Origin: Trichoplax sp. H2
Lineage: Eukaryota
DNA length: 64,000 bases
Direction of reading: 5' to 3'
NCBI GenBank assembly: GCA_003344405.1
Contig: NOWV01000001.1
Location: forward strand, 806,001 to 870,000
In this document: one piece after another, positions 38,301 to 51,907 of the stretch
Layout: every line of letters starts with the position of its first letter
Numbering within the stretch: the stretch's first letter is position 1
Program-made: the position numbers and the translations under genes
The notes under the pieces: model-generated
The model's input: only the letters and a program-made list of their open reading frames with translations
The model's database searches: none
What the model was told of the DNA's origin: nothing

Positions 38301-41300
38301 GAGAATAACTAACCTTATTAGCTGATTTCCATACGCTAGCCTTGTCCTTTGATGTTAATGAACCAATAACGGTGAAGTATTTCTATCATATGATGAAGAA
38401 TGGAGTTTAAAAGGACACTACTATATTTAGATCTAATTTCAAAAAGATACCCATATTAGCGGCCATTCTCTACCTGAAAGTAAATTGTCTTCTCATCGCT
38501 ACTGGCGTTATTAAGATTAACACTCTTCGATAATGCCGATAGAGCGTTTTTAGTAGCAATCAAATCACCACTATTAACATTATTATCCGTCTGAAAAGCA
38601 CTTTGCAATTTTGTCAAGATTCCCGAAGCATTGTCAACAGACTGAACTTTTCCAGCGTCTACAATCTGAAAATAAGCAATAATCAGTTTGCTATCATAAA
38701 TAATCAATAACGAAATTACTGAAATGCTCTTTCATCGATATCTATCTACGGATAAATATCTATTCGATATAGCATGAAGTAAGGAAGAAGTTATCCTCTG
38801 GCGTCTTCGATATAAAGGGATACCCATAACCAATGATTATATGAATTTAATTTAGATTCAGATTTCTTTCTAGTTATCAGATAATCGAACTGAGAGATCC
38901 ATGTCATAAAGAAGTTAAAATCATCACATACATCAGAATAGATGAATTGAAATTTCGCCGATAATTCTGTCTTGTTAATTACCTCTATTAAAAATTGGAA
39001 ATTATTTAAATAAAGCCTTTTTTAGTCATGCTATAAAACACTTCTATAGGTAAAGAAGATCCCAAAATCAAAACCCTTAGAATAGATTATCAATTTGATC
39101 AAGTCAGACGTGCAATATATGCATAAATCCGGAAATTAAATTACATAGCAAAAATTGATAACTTTATAGCAAATTAACACCCATCTCTTAGTGAATTCGT
39201 AATTTAATAATGTATTAATACCCCCTTTATAGGTGATTAGGATCTAAAGACTAAATTTTCTTGCCTAGACTATCGATACTACTGTCTATTAAGAATTAAT
39301 TTTAGAACCGTTTTATAGGCAAAAAGATTCAAAGCTAATTTCCACACCAATGAGTATCGGTACTATTTTTAAATTATACGCGCACATTTATTGTTATCCG
39401 ATGAATATCAAAAATCTATTTCACTGCATACCTGTAGTAGAAGTAAACGCTGTTGTACTTATTTCTGTCTGGATAATGTTAACGGTCGTATACTGCGGCG
39501 GTGTCGTTGCTTTAGGCATCGAAGATGTTGCTTCTATGTTAAGATTTAAAGGATAGAAGTATTTCGATATACGTATAATAACCTATTTCAAGTTAGTAGT
39601 TATACCCAATAGAAGATGGTGATAATTCTACGTAGAATTAATAGAAAAAATCACTACTAGTATTATATCACTCTACTTTTTTTGGATAAGCAATTAATCA
39701 TTTCGAGTTAGACGTTATAGTTTACAGAGCTTTATCGTAATCTTATTTATGGTTTTGTTAATAACATCGTCAGTGGTAATATATTATGCTACTTTCAGAT
39801 AAATGACAACTCACTTGGAGCTAACAGCTGTAATTTTTACTTATTGTCAAGGAACATCGCCAGTAGAGATATACCGATGCATTTTTTTAAATGATAGATA
39901 ATTCATTTGGAGCAAATATAGCTGTGGCGTGCTAAGTATTATCAAAATTCTATATTATACCCCACTTATGACTTACTATATTTGATCCTGATATAACTTA
40001 TTCAATAATAGTATCATGCTACTGGGAAACCTTGTAGTATGCTAAGTATTACCAAAATCTATGTTATATCGCTATTAATTTATTTTATATCTTATTCACA
40101 TTTATGATTTACTACATTTGATCCTGATATAATTTATCCAATAGTAACGTCATACATACCACTGGGAGACCTTACCACATGTTAAGAAGTATTATCAAAA
40201 TTCTATATTATCTCGCTGTTAATCTATTTTATATCCTATTCGTATTTATGATTTACTACATTTGATACTGATATAACTTATTCAATAGCAATATCATATT
40301 CCTGGGGGATTTTATTTACTACCACTGTGGCTTATACTTTAGAGGAAGAAATAACTAAGTACAACTTTTAATTCCAGTTCGTCTCCATTGTGACTTACTG
40401 AAAGTACTAGAGGTAGGACTTTCAGGTTTTAATGAAGGAGTGTTAGAAGGCTGACGAGGGGTAGCTTTAATTTCAGGTCTAGTTGCTAGCGTACCTCCTT
40501 CAAATGCATTTACGGATATTATAGGTAACATGAGATAGATCATTTGCATCATTTCTTAATATAAAAAAGGAATATTAGAATACGAATACGAAAAAACTTA
40601 CTTGGAGTTTTCTGTGTTACTTTTACAGTCTGGGTAGATGGAATCTGTGTTGGCTGTTCGGTCGTAATAAGGGGTTGTTTGAATGATGCTGTTGATGTAG
40701 TTCGATTTATCGAGCCTGAAATAGTGCCATTAACGTGGTTTAAAGTCGAATATAGAATTACTATTCACTAAACAACCACTAATAGATCATTTCTCCTACC
40801 TGATGTAGAAATGAAATTTTTGCTTGAGGGTATTGGCGTAGTTGCTATTGGAGTAGTAGTTGTGATTTTCCCTGTAGCTACTTCAGTTTCAGGACTTGAT
40901 GCCGTTGGAATGCGAACTGTGCCTTGTGGTATTATTGTAGGGGTAGTCGCTACTGTCTGTGATAATGTTATTCTAGTTGATGGAGCTGTAGTGGTTGGAA
41001 TACATTGTATACTAATGTTTTCGAAAGGAGTAACACTCGGACACATTGAGATAATGGTCGAACTAGAGGTCATTTCTTTACCTGTATTAAAGTCATAATT
41101 ATTGCGATTTAGATCGTCGTATTAGATTATTGAAGGTTAGTAATAACTTGTCCAACAATATAATATTTTATATCAAGCTGGAATATATAATACTACTTTA
41201 CAGTATGCTGTATATGGAATTGCTCCATATATAACAGTGCAGTATAAAGGATTTCATTCAAGATATAAAAGGTCTAATCTTTCATTATGTCAGAAAGAAA

Positions 41301-44300
41301 AGATTAAAGAAAAACGATGCCTAGAAGAAATATTGCCTTATACTTATGTAGAAGTATTTATATTCCACGCTAGTACCTTTACTGTTTATTTGCAGACCCA
41401 AATGAAATACATTACTTCATCAAACTATTAAAAATGAATTTCATCCAAGGTGTTATTAGGTATAATTCCTCATTTTCTGTCCGACAATTAACTAGATCTA
41501 TTTTCAATTCTATAATTCACTATTCTACTAGTGTTTCCTTCCAAATTATTCAGCTTACTCTACTCGAGAGTGAAATTGCTAAATTATAACTTAAGACAAA
41601 TTACTAGACTGTCTATCTTCATTTTCATATCTAGTCATCAATGTGATCTATTTCCTGTTATATGCACTACTTCATTTGCTAGTTTATTCAACTTGATACA
41701 TTCAAGGATAGATTGTCAAAATGGTATGCAATATAAAACAAAAGAGAGGTTGCTGATCTGAACTACTACGAGTAATTAATAATATTAATTTTAGAATCAG
41801 AGCCTAAATAGAAACAGATTTAAATTATGATTTACCTACTGGTCACGAAATATATTAAAGCGTATAACTGCAATTAATGAGTCTCAATAACTTACTTGGA
41901 TTGATAATGAAATTAGTAGGAATTGTTAATGAAGATAGTGCTATTATTAGTATAGGAGAAAATTGGTTTATTGAAGAGTGTTCCTCTGGATTTATCTGTA
42001 TTGTAACACTTCTGTCCATATCAGCAGATGAAATAAATAAATTTAAGCTTGATAGAGCCTCTACAGAATTGACCATAGATGAAACTTGATCTTGATCTAC
42101 ATGTATTGAATATAAGTACAGCAAAAAGTAGGCAATAAGCTGTAGAATTTATATTCGTATTTAATTATTTTTTAAATGGTAATTACGGCTCAAAGACTAT
42201 TTTGAAATATTCATTTTTAAAGCTAATCCTGTAGAACAAGAGCTAGACTTACTCAAAGCAGTCGTAGTAACTGGCTTCTCGGTTAGTACTTGAAGTTGGT
42301 TTGATGGAACTGTTGATATTGAATAGTGTAGATTATTTCCTGAAGACATTTCATGATTAGAACCCATCATAGAGTTGGAAATCAAACTATTTGTTGTCAT
42401 CTTGTCACCTATAAATAAAACCAAATTAATCAACAATCGGGAAATATAATACATGAAAGAATTAGAACGTCCTGGAAAGTATCGATTAAAATTAAGCGTG
42501 TTAAGTATAGTAATTCTAAATAGAACGATATCGGCTATTATGTGAACTTATTATACGCATTTTAGCGTTCAGAGACATTAGCGTATTCTAGATTACGCCT
42601 AAACCTTTAAGTTTCAATTAGTGTTTATAACAAATCTACAATCTGCTATAATGCTATACTTACTTGATTGTATCATTGACAGAAATACAGCTTCAGTATC
42701 ACTTGTAATCACTTCAGCTACAGCAAATAATACATTATATGGAATGAATAAATAAGTTGAAGTATAACTGTATATTTTAAAATTTTAATCATAATTTTAT
42801 CCGATTGTGGCTATACAATGTGTATAAAGGATAATATCACTTACATGTTGTAGAAGCAGACAATGCAGGAGTAGCAGTAATAGAAATGTCTAGATTTGGA
42901 CCTAGAGTTAATGCTGAATTGTAGAAAATGCTATTGGGATATAATATGCTTTTATCACATGTTATAGCAATGTGGATAATACAAGTTTGACTTATATTAA
43001 TATGATAACTATAGCAACTTTCGACCTATTGATGATAACCTTTATATTATAGAATTCAAGAGTATTAAATATTATCAATTAAAGGAGAATTTAAAGATTG
43101 CCTTACCGTTATTAGAAGATGCTAAGCCATTTGAAAATAGGATCGTTGATTCTGTTTGCACTTTGGTCCCTACTTTACGCAATTACAGATGTAGTATTTA
43201 ATTCTAAATATGGTATAGTCTATTTTTAGTAAAAGTATTAGTTTTCACTAGGCTGTAGCATACGAGTAACTCTAAGACCGTAACATAACTCTAAATATGT
43301 ATTGTCTATATTTAACAATTTACTCTGTGGAAATACCTTGTACTCTAGCTAAATTATACCGTAGCACTAGCTCAACACAGAAGTAATCTACTTTTATGAA
43401 TCATTCACGCTTATAAATAATTTCCTCCTACTGTGCTCTTAAAACTATAAAAACTATTTTCTTTCGCCTATTTCATTAATTAGTTCTGGTAGTTACACGG
43501 TAAGCTTGTACGCTCTACCTATTCTACACTGCTATAATCATTCGACTGGTCACGTCGTTACTCGCTCAATAATCTTACACGATCATTCTCTTACACTAGC
43601 TCAATGAAGGTTACTCTTCCGTTAACTATTCTATTGTACTTTATTACCACTAATGCCGAACTCTTAACCTTCCAAAATATCACACAGTACAGTTAACAAA
43701 TTACGATATCCGTTCGATGAGAATTTTATAACAAGTCTACTGATTTAAGTAAATTATGAAAGTTATCTTAGTTGATTTGGTAGACGACGATGTAAATGAT
43801 TGTGCTACTGAAGTAGACTGAAATTTTCTTTAGGTTCTATTTTAACTTTTAAGTTCAAGCATTATACCTGGAATATATGATTCTGTTGTAATTAATTTTG
43901 TGATTGCTTGTTGTTCGTTAGCAGTAGAAATAATTGTGTATGAATTAAAAGTAGAAGTAATCGCCATTGTCCTGTGATCAGAACTTAATTCTATAGATGA
44001 AGTTCCAATGGGATAATCAGTGAATTTTGACGATGTTGTCGGATTAATTTCTACTAGATCACTAGATGATTGGGCTAAATGAAAAGAAAACTTGAAATCA
44101 TCAATTTTACTATCTAAAGCCCATACTTTAAGGTTGGCTTTAGGTAATGCCAAAACTATCTCTTTATTTATTATTTTACAATCTATGGAGGTAAGGACCA
44201 ACCTGATGAAGTCAGGAAAGTTGAGGAAATGTAAATTTGTGTTGTTGTTGCAACTGCATCTGTTCATTCAAATCATAAAGAAAAAATATTTCATTCGTTA

Positions 44301-47300
44301 GCTATTAAGGTGTCGCTTGCATAACTCTGTCGTAAAAAAATTGAGAAATATTGCAACTTATCTACGTATTTGTCGGTATGACAGCAAATTTGTGGAGTTG
44401 CTTAATAGTATTATTATCGTTTACTTGTAATATGACCCGGATTGCTGATCTACATCAGCTCCATTTTATTACCTTTTTGACATATATATCGATATGCTCC
44501 ATTACATCGTCGATCATACCATTTCCAACGACCATTTTTATTCGAGAGAACGATACAAGGTCCTTCATGATTAGGTTCAGTAGCATACCAGTTACTATAA
44601 CTTAGGTTCAGTAGTTGAGTATTATCTGCAATCCATTGGTAATGATCGCGATTATTATCATTATTAGGGTTAAATAACCCAATCCAATAGTCACTCCACC
44701 ATCTTAAGATAGAGGTTACTGCATTTTCTTTGCCTACTGTTTTAATGGAGACTAATTGCGCACTATAAGTATGACATTTATCTATAGCATCGTCATAGCT
44801 CTTAAAGTTATTGTATTTCCTAATACAAGTATTTTCATAAAGTTTCCACCCGCTAGGGCAAGAATAGCTGACAATATCTAAAAAATTTAATATAGAAATA
44901 GGATTAGTTACCGTCAAAAGATGAATATTATTAAAAGATCTGAGTTCGACTTAAGTATAGCACATCATTAGCTCACCTCGAGCTTGAAGAGATAGAATAA
45001 GAGAATTCAACTGGCACAGCTATATAGAATTAAAAATGATTGATTACAAATTTTACCTACTTTTTAATTTTATAATATAGACTAAAAATGAAAATTTAAT
45101 TTTTATCTATAAATTTTTAATGGCCTTGAATATTTTCAAGAATTGATCCCAAGGTATCTAACAATATTCAGTACAGAACTTTGATGTAATATCGCATTGT
45201 AACAAATCAACAAATTGAAAGTATGCCAAGGCATTATTGCCGAAAATGAATTATCAATTTTAAATTCAACTTTTCAATTATACTACTTTGAAGTAGAACA
45301 ATCCCATATTAGTCAGTATTTTCATCACAAAGAAAATATAAAAGTTCCTATTTTAACTCGAGAGAGGGAGATAAGTCTATTATCGAAAAATGCACAACAA
45401 TATGCTCTTTAGATTAAGCTATTTCAATTATAGTGCAATATATATATATATATATATATGGAAAGAGCAAATAGATTTATTATTCTGAAATTTCAGATAT
45501 TTTGTTCTACATTGATGCTGATTTACGTTATACTCTCATATAAGCTAATAATATCACCTTTAAAAATGCTAAAGTATCCGCTGTAACTTAATGAAAAAGG
45601 AATGAGTCAACTCGCAATAAATGTCACAGCATGATATTGGGTAAAGCATACATAAATAAGTTATGATATGTAACAGAAATTACACGAATTCAATAATCGA
45701 GAATACTATATAATTTAATACTCTATATGACCGAGGAAATCAGCATGGTATGATATAAACTCTTAAATTTATCGAGTTTTGATTTAAATTGTACTTATGG
45801 ATGTACAATTTTGTCTAATTAGTCTTTATCCTCATATTAAAAAATATAGGTTAGGTTAAAACTTGATCAAAAAATAGGTTTAACTGCTACCATCATAATA
45901 CACGGATTTGTTTAAATTAGGCACAAATTATAAATATAGTTTATCATTTAAATGAAGCTATTTCAATTGCTTTATAATACTGTATACTTACGATCATATT
46001 AAGTGTCGTGATCTATAAACACTTAATCTAAATATATTACAGATCCTTAGGTGAATATCATATCGTAGCTAAAGTTAAGACGAATAGAAATTTATCTTCT
46101 GAAGCTCCTTTAAAAATTTTATGGTGACCAATTACTAAATTATTTATATAACTTGCGCCATGGATTTGTATTAATTTCATCATAGCACTAAAAATGAGTA
46201 TTACGATTTTGGATAATAACTGGATATTCGAGACAAAATTATACTAATTTTAAGAATCATGTACGTTTCAATAAAATGTAAAATCAATTTTTTATTGAAA
46301 AAAATCAGTCAATAAATGAGTCAATCGATCAAAATTAAGATATCGGCGATAACCAGTCATCCTGCTATAGTAAAGTTTTCAGTTAGCAACGAATTACTCT
46401 ATTTGAATCGACTATCGATCACGAGAGGATTGTACCATACTATATTTTAATTAGTTTCGTAAGTTACTTACCGATATGCTTGTAAAACGAAAAATACAGC
46501 AAACAAATTTAGCTTATTGACATAATAATTTCATTATTGGTAATAACTAATGAGATTATATACTGTAATCTGCATAGGACTACTTAATTTTAGCAATATA
46601 CGAATACAATGAATAAACCAGATGTCGGATTTACATCTGGAATTACATTATTTAAAAAAATATTGATTAATTTACAGGGATATTCCGTAATTAGCATAAC
46701 GACTCACTGTAGGTAATTCATCTGCGCTACAAACTTAATACGGAACAACTAGAATATATAATTTTATTTAAGGGGAAGCTAATCCAAATTTCTAATTATC
46801 AATTCTGGATAATCAATTAGCAGTTGTATAAAAGAATTAAACATTAAATCTTCACGTCGTTGTATTCTATACTAGCTGGAATTAATGTGATTGCCTTGCG
46901 ATCCAATTAAAAAACGATACCCTAATTTTAGTTCCACATAAATTTAGTATACTCATGACTTTAGATCACTTTTTAGGAACATTAATCATTTCACGAGATA
47001 ATATAAGGCGAAAAAAGAAGAAAAAAATTTTAAAATGCTCGAAATCGAATCGGACTGCAAGTACAACAATGTATTTATAAAAAGTATAATAAACCCTATA
47101 TATTCAAACTATGAATAAACGATAAAATTTCCGCACCTATTACTATCGATCACTTGAAGTTCCTTCTTTATGTTTAATTCGTTTTCTATTTCTATTTTTT
47201 AAGGCTATTAAAGGCTACAGCCTTGTTGATAAGTAAAGCTGAATGCTTAGCTTTCGCTCGCAGTATGTATGGATGAAAAATGTAGCGATTTCTACTATCA

Positions 47301-48405
47301 GTGACTGGATAAATCTTCGCTACATACTAAAATGTTCTATAGTAAAGCGATAGTAGTAATAGCAAAGTAGAGTAAATTAAATATAAACCATGCCCATCTA
47401 TACCAATTAGAATTATTACTATATCGTTATTTCACTATAAATAAGTTTTTATAAGATGAATTGGTGATGTCGATATCGATACAGAAAGTCCATAACTAAG
47501 ATAACATTCAGGCGTGGTTAAATTATTTCCAAAAATATTAATAAGTCAAAATTTTGCCTTAACCTCGATAATTTATGCACTAAATATGTTCTTCAAACAA
47601 ATAGAAAAATCTATTTAGTTTACGTTTTTTAAACGATTGAGATAGTTATTAACTCTAAACATTTGATTCTACACATTTGAGAGTGAGTAAAAATTTTTAA
47701 GTTAAAGGAAAAAAAAGAATGATTTACTTATTCATCTAGATATCTATAATCTTTAACAGACTTTTACTCCAGGTTTTGACTTGCTTCTGTTACACGGACA
47801 AAGACAAAAGTAATATTTTTTTAATGATTGAGTTACAGGTATTCAAATTTAAATGCATTCTGATTTTATCAGTTTCAAAGTATAAAATCTTCATGGTGAC
47901 TCTATCATTTGCTCATTAAATATTTGAGCAGATCTTTTAGCAAAATTAATAAGCATTTTTTTAACATAAATAACATATTGTTATGAATGCTTATAAGAGT
48001 TTAGTTTAATAACTGACAATGTTATGAATAAAGCTGCGGATAGGATGATAACATTGGTTGTCAAGCTAAGAGGTTAAAGAAAGAAAATTTCGTACGAAGT
48101 GGTGCGATAATCGCTATACTTTATGGTTTTTCAAACGGATATATGACTTATAATTAACGCAATCAATCGTAATCATTTTCCAGTGCATGTTGATATGTAA
48201 TGTATGACTTAACACGACAGATTTAGGGCATATTGAAATATAAAATACCGACATAAAAAACTCAACACTGCTTGAGAGGAATACTTAATGTAGTGTAATG
48301 AGCAGTAAAATTCATGGTACCGAAGCGGTACCTACAAAAGGATGACATAATTAATCCTAATAAAATATGACTTACCAGTATTAAAATAACGTATACGACT
48401 TTCAT
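32373..48405 (-). CDS. Adhesion GPCR B (signal peptide, C-type lectin, Ser/Thr stalk, GAIN/GPS, ADGRD1/GPR133-like 7TM); paralogue of A
   Basis: Exon 1 48405-48376 ([10 protein letters not shown]) joins about 45020-44978. CTLD about 44877-44472, stalk about 44180-38932, GAIN about 38665-36758. [10 protein letters not shown]...[13 protein letters not shown] at about 36216-36104. 7TM exons include [40 protein letters not shown] and [18 protein letters not shown]. Last exon 32483-32373 ends ...ETILNQPTD*. Confidence 0.93.
39930..40305. repeat. Intronic degenerate tandem repeat, 3 copies of about 110-145 bp
   Basis: AAGTATTA(T/C)CAAAA...TTACTA(T/C)ATTTGAT.CTGATATAA...CTGGG recurs at about 39934, 40044 and 40187. 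Confidence 0.8.
45438..45459. repeat. (AT)n microsatellite
   Basis: About 11 AT units in intron 1 of adhesion GPCR B. Confidence 0.85.
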
Positions 48406-51400
48406 CTTTAGCATAAATTTGGATTGGTGCTACTATATCTTGGAATGACGTTGAATCATCAAAATTATGGAAATGGTTCAGTTATAAGTATTTTTAATTT
48501 TGTCGGTAGTTCGCTCTTGATGTGAGAAAAAAATTGCTATGATATTCCTTTAGCATAACTAGCGAACAATGATGTTATCACATTCGATACTATTCACCTT
48601 AAAGCTGTAATGATTAACTAGTATATTACCGTGATTATCGTGACAAGGTGACATAGTAGCATCCAGGTGTTATTCTGATTATTTTGAGTTCCTCATTAAG
48701 TATGTTATTAATAACAATATTTTATTAAGGAGTCACTTGTATGAATTAATTCGTTGATTGATACATTCATAAAACTTCTTTCTAGAATTCCATAGAAAAT
48801 ATCACATTACAAACAGTTAATACTTTGAAGGTAAGATTTTAGACGATTGTCAATCACACTAAAATTTTATTATTTAATTATACGCTAGAAAATCTGCACG
48901 ATGAGATGGTTACAGTAAACAATTGTATTTAGACAACTATTAGATTATATAAAAAGTTATTGAAGAAAGGATAATAAAAAAGTAATTATAGAAGCCTGTA
49001 AACGTAGAATTATTCAAGCATTCAAAGGCAATTATAATTTATATTGATTGTTAAATACTTCAATGTTATTAGTAAACAAAAATTGTAAATAAAATTTGTA
49101 AAGTCTCTTTGTCGTTTTCAATTAATTAATAAAATGAAAGTTATTTTTGGAAAAAGACGATAAGATAAGGCCGGTCATATCCATTATCTAAATTAGATTA
49201 ATTAAAAAGTCAAGAGCTATTACAATGGAAGAGAAGAAAAGCGTCTAGGTGAGTTAATGCATAGATAGTATTAACACCATTTGTTCAATCAGTAAATGAC
49301 TTTATAAAATCAGAATATTATCTATTTATTGAAGTAGAGAATAGCCCTCATATTTGTAATGATATCACTGATTATCTCTAACAATTTATTCATAAATTAA
49401 CTGGATGAATTACTGTTTTATTTTATTTTATAATCAAATTACTTGTAAACACAATTTAGCACTAAATCTGAATAGATTCTATTGATAATTGTAGTACGAG
49501 TATGTAGAGAAAAAGATGTGACGTATATTTTTAACTGGCTAACCATCATTTTCTGGCTTATGAAAAATAATATTCACTTGAGAATAAAGAGCAAATTGTT
49601 GAATCTTGATAAAATATATCTCAATGACTCTATATCAAGGCATCGTCTCAGAAAATAATGATAAAGTATTTTAGAAGGTATTTATGATTAGTTTTCGCTT
49701 TCCTTTCAGATACGTACTAATATTAATACTTCGGCCATTCATATCATCATAATTTAATAATTGCTGATTTTGATTACTGCATAATATATGTAAACGCCGA
49801 TTTCAATTCATCACAAGTCATTCTCGTAAATACTGCATCTATATAATCCTGTAATAAATGCGTCTCACAATAACTAGCTTAGTCAAATTGTATTTTCGAA
49901 AAGGCCTTTATTACAAGGTATTAGAAATAGTAGAGCATTAATTAATTACTACATGAATTTAATCTAAAATCTAAAGTATTCCGAGCTCAAAGCGAAGTGA
50001 AGTCTCTTCTCCTCTGTGAGCTCATCTCTGCAGTTCTTATAAACATTTCATTAAATCCATTTATGACAACTTGATTCATCTACAATCAGATATGAGTCAT
50101 CAAACAAAATACTTTTCTCTAATGGTACATCATTATTTTCTACAATCTAAATTATTCTACTTAAGATGTCCCTACTTTTTTCGAAGGGCATCTTAACAAC
50201 TACAGTGTTTCTAGCTACATAAATCTTGTACCATAATTAGTCAACTAGCTACTATAAGTCATCAACAATTTCTAATATAGTAGTTAGCAATCATCTAATA
50301 TTACCTTCACGGTAATATCTATTCAAAGCAACATAACTATATCAAATATAGCTATCCGTATAATCAAATACGGGTACATCACTACAAGTCCGTATAAGTT
50401 TTGCTTGCATTTTTTGTTTTTAATGGAGTTGATGTGATCCTAGGCTATCTGTGCCGAATGATAATTTAGCTGATTATTCAAGTAATACAATTTTCTTCTT
50501 AAATTTAATCACTTATTTATTGTATTTATAAAATAAAAAACGATGTATCCCAAGCATAAAAGTACTAAATCTCGAATTAATTGTAAGCGTAACGTTTCTA
50601 TCCTTTGATATTTTTCGCAATTATACGAAATTTTCTCTCCTATTATCGCATTAGTACTCTATACAGGCAAGAATAATGCATATTAAGTGTCTTGACGGCA
50701 AGCGAATAGAAACTTTTCAGAATCGCACCTATATTTATTTTATACATACATTTTTGGAAAACTATCGCTTAATTTGAAGGAATTACAGCTACTCACTAGT
50801 TGCTTTGCTAGGACGTAGTTAATTATTCTCTTTGCATGTTATCATTAGAAATTTTGACAAAATTTACATATATTAGCATTACTATACCACTTTTTTAGAC
50901 AGAGCAATATTGTAACTTTGTCATCTGATTTTCAGCAAGTTTCGAAATGCTTTAAATCGGCATCAAGTTATCGGAAATTTAGATTGTTTAAAGGCAACAG
51001 TTGCTAATGCATTACTTCTTTTTCCTCATAGTAATAGATTGATAGCCAATTAATTAATTAAATGTATTCAATTTGTTGACGTCATAACTTACCTCATAAG
51101 CTTAAACTCTTCTAAATCCTTATCAGAATTAAAAATATTGTGCTGGAGCCAGTAGTATTGTATTTATTTATTGTGATCTACTCATTGGTATAGTCAATCA
51201 ACCTAATGTTAAATGAGTATTGATGATGAAGCAACTAATATTGCTCCTTATACTGTCTACAACCGGGCATGGCTACTATCAGCACTTTTCGCCCTCTATT
51301 CGCTGCTGGAGGATCTAGACAGCAATAAATGTAATCTGTGATGATGCTCATTGAGTCTATAAATGTAAACTATTACGATAATTACGAACACTAAGTCAAT

Positions 51401-51907
51401 AATATTTGTTGATCTTGAACTGCTATATAATACTGTTTTGTTCTTTCGTTAAAATGCCATAATTTAATTTTCTTTGGGTCTGGCAGAAAGATGCCTAAAC
51501 GTAATGACAATATATAGTTGCCGTAAAAAAGATTACAGTATTTACTTGGTAACAATGTTTAGCCAAAAAATCTCCCTTACCAATTAAACAATCAATTAGT
51601 CCATTTATAAATATCCTCAGTCCCATATGTTCACGTAATTACGCTTTATACTACTGTACGATCATATTTCGAATAATCGATATATCGCATATGAAAACCT
51701 CCATATTTTGTTATCGTGAATACTTTTCATTGCGACATTTTAATATACTCGTATATACGTATTATGATATTTGTCCTAATACACAAATTTCGATCATATC
51801 TTATTAAATAATATTCCTCGCATTGATAGCACAGTGATAAGCACATATTCTGAATAATATTAACGTTATGTGGTTGTTGTAAAAAGCAAATATGCAATCA
51901 AGTCACA

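Noticed and set aside
44202-44220. CTGATGA...GAAA hammerhead or C-box-like string
   Set aside because: No stem II between the motifs, and it is antisense to the host gene.
48500-51800. Hidden gene or transposon in the interval between receptor B and HM13
   Set aside because: No sizeable ORF, terminal repeats or coherent exon chain seen; probably UTR and upstream regulatory DNA.
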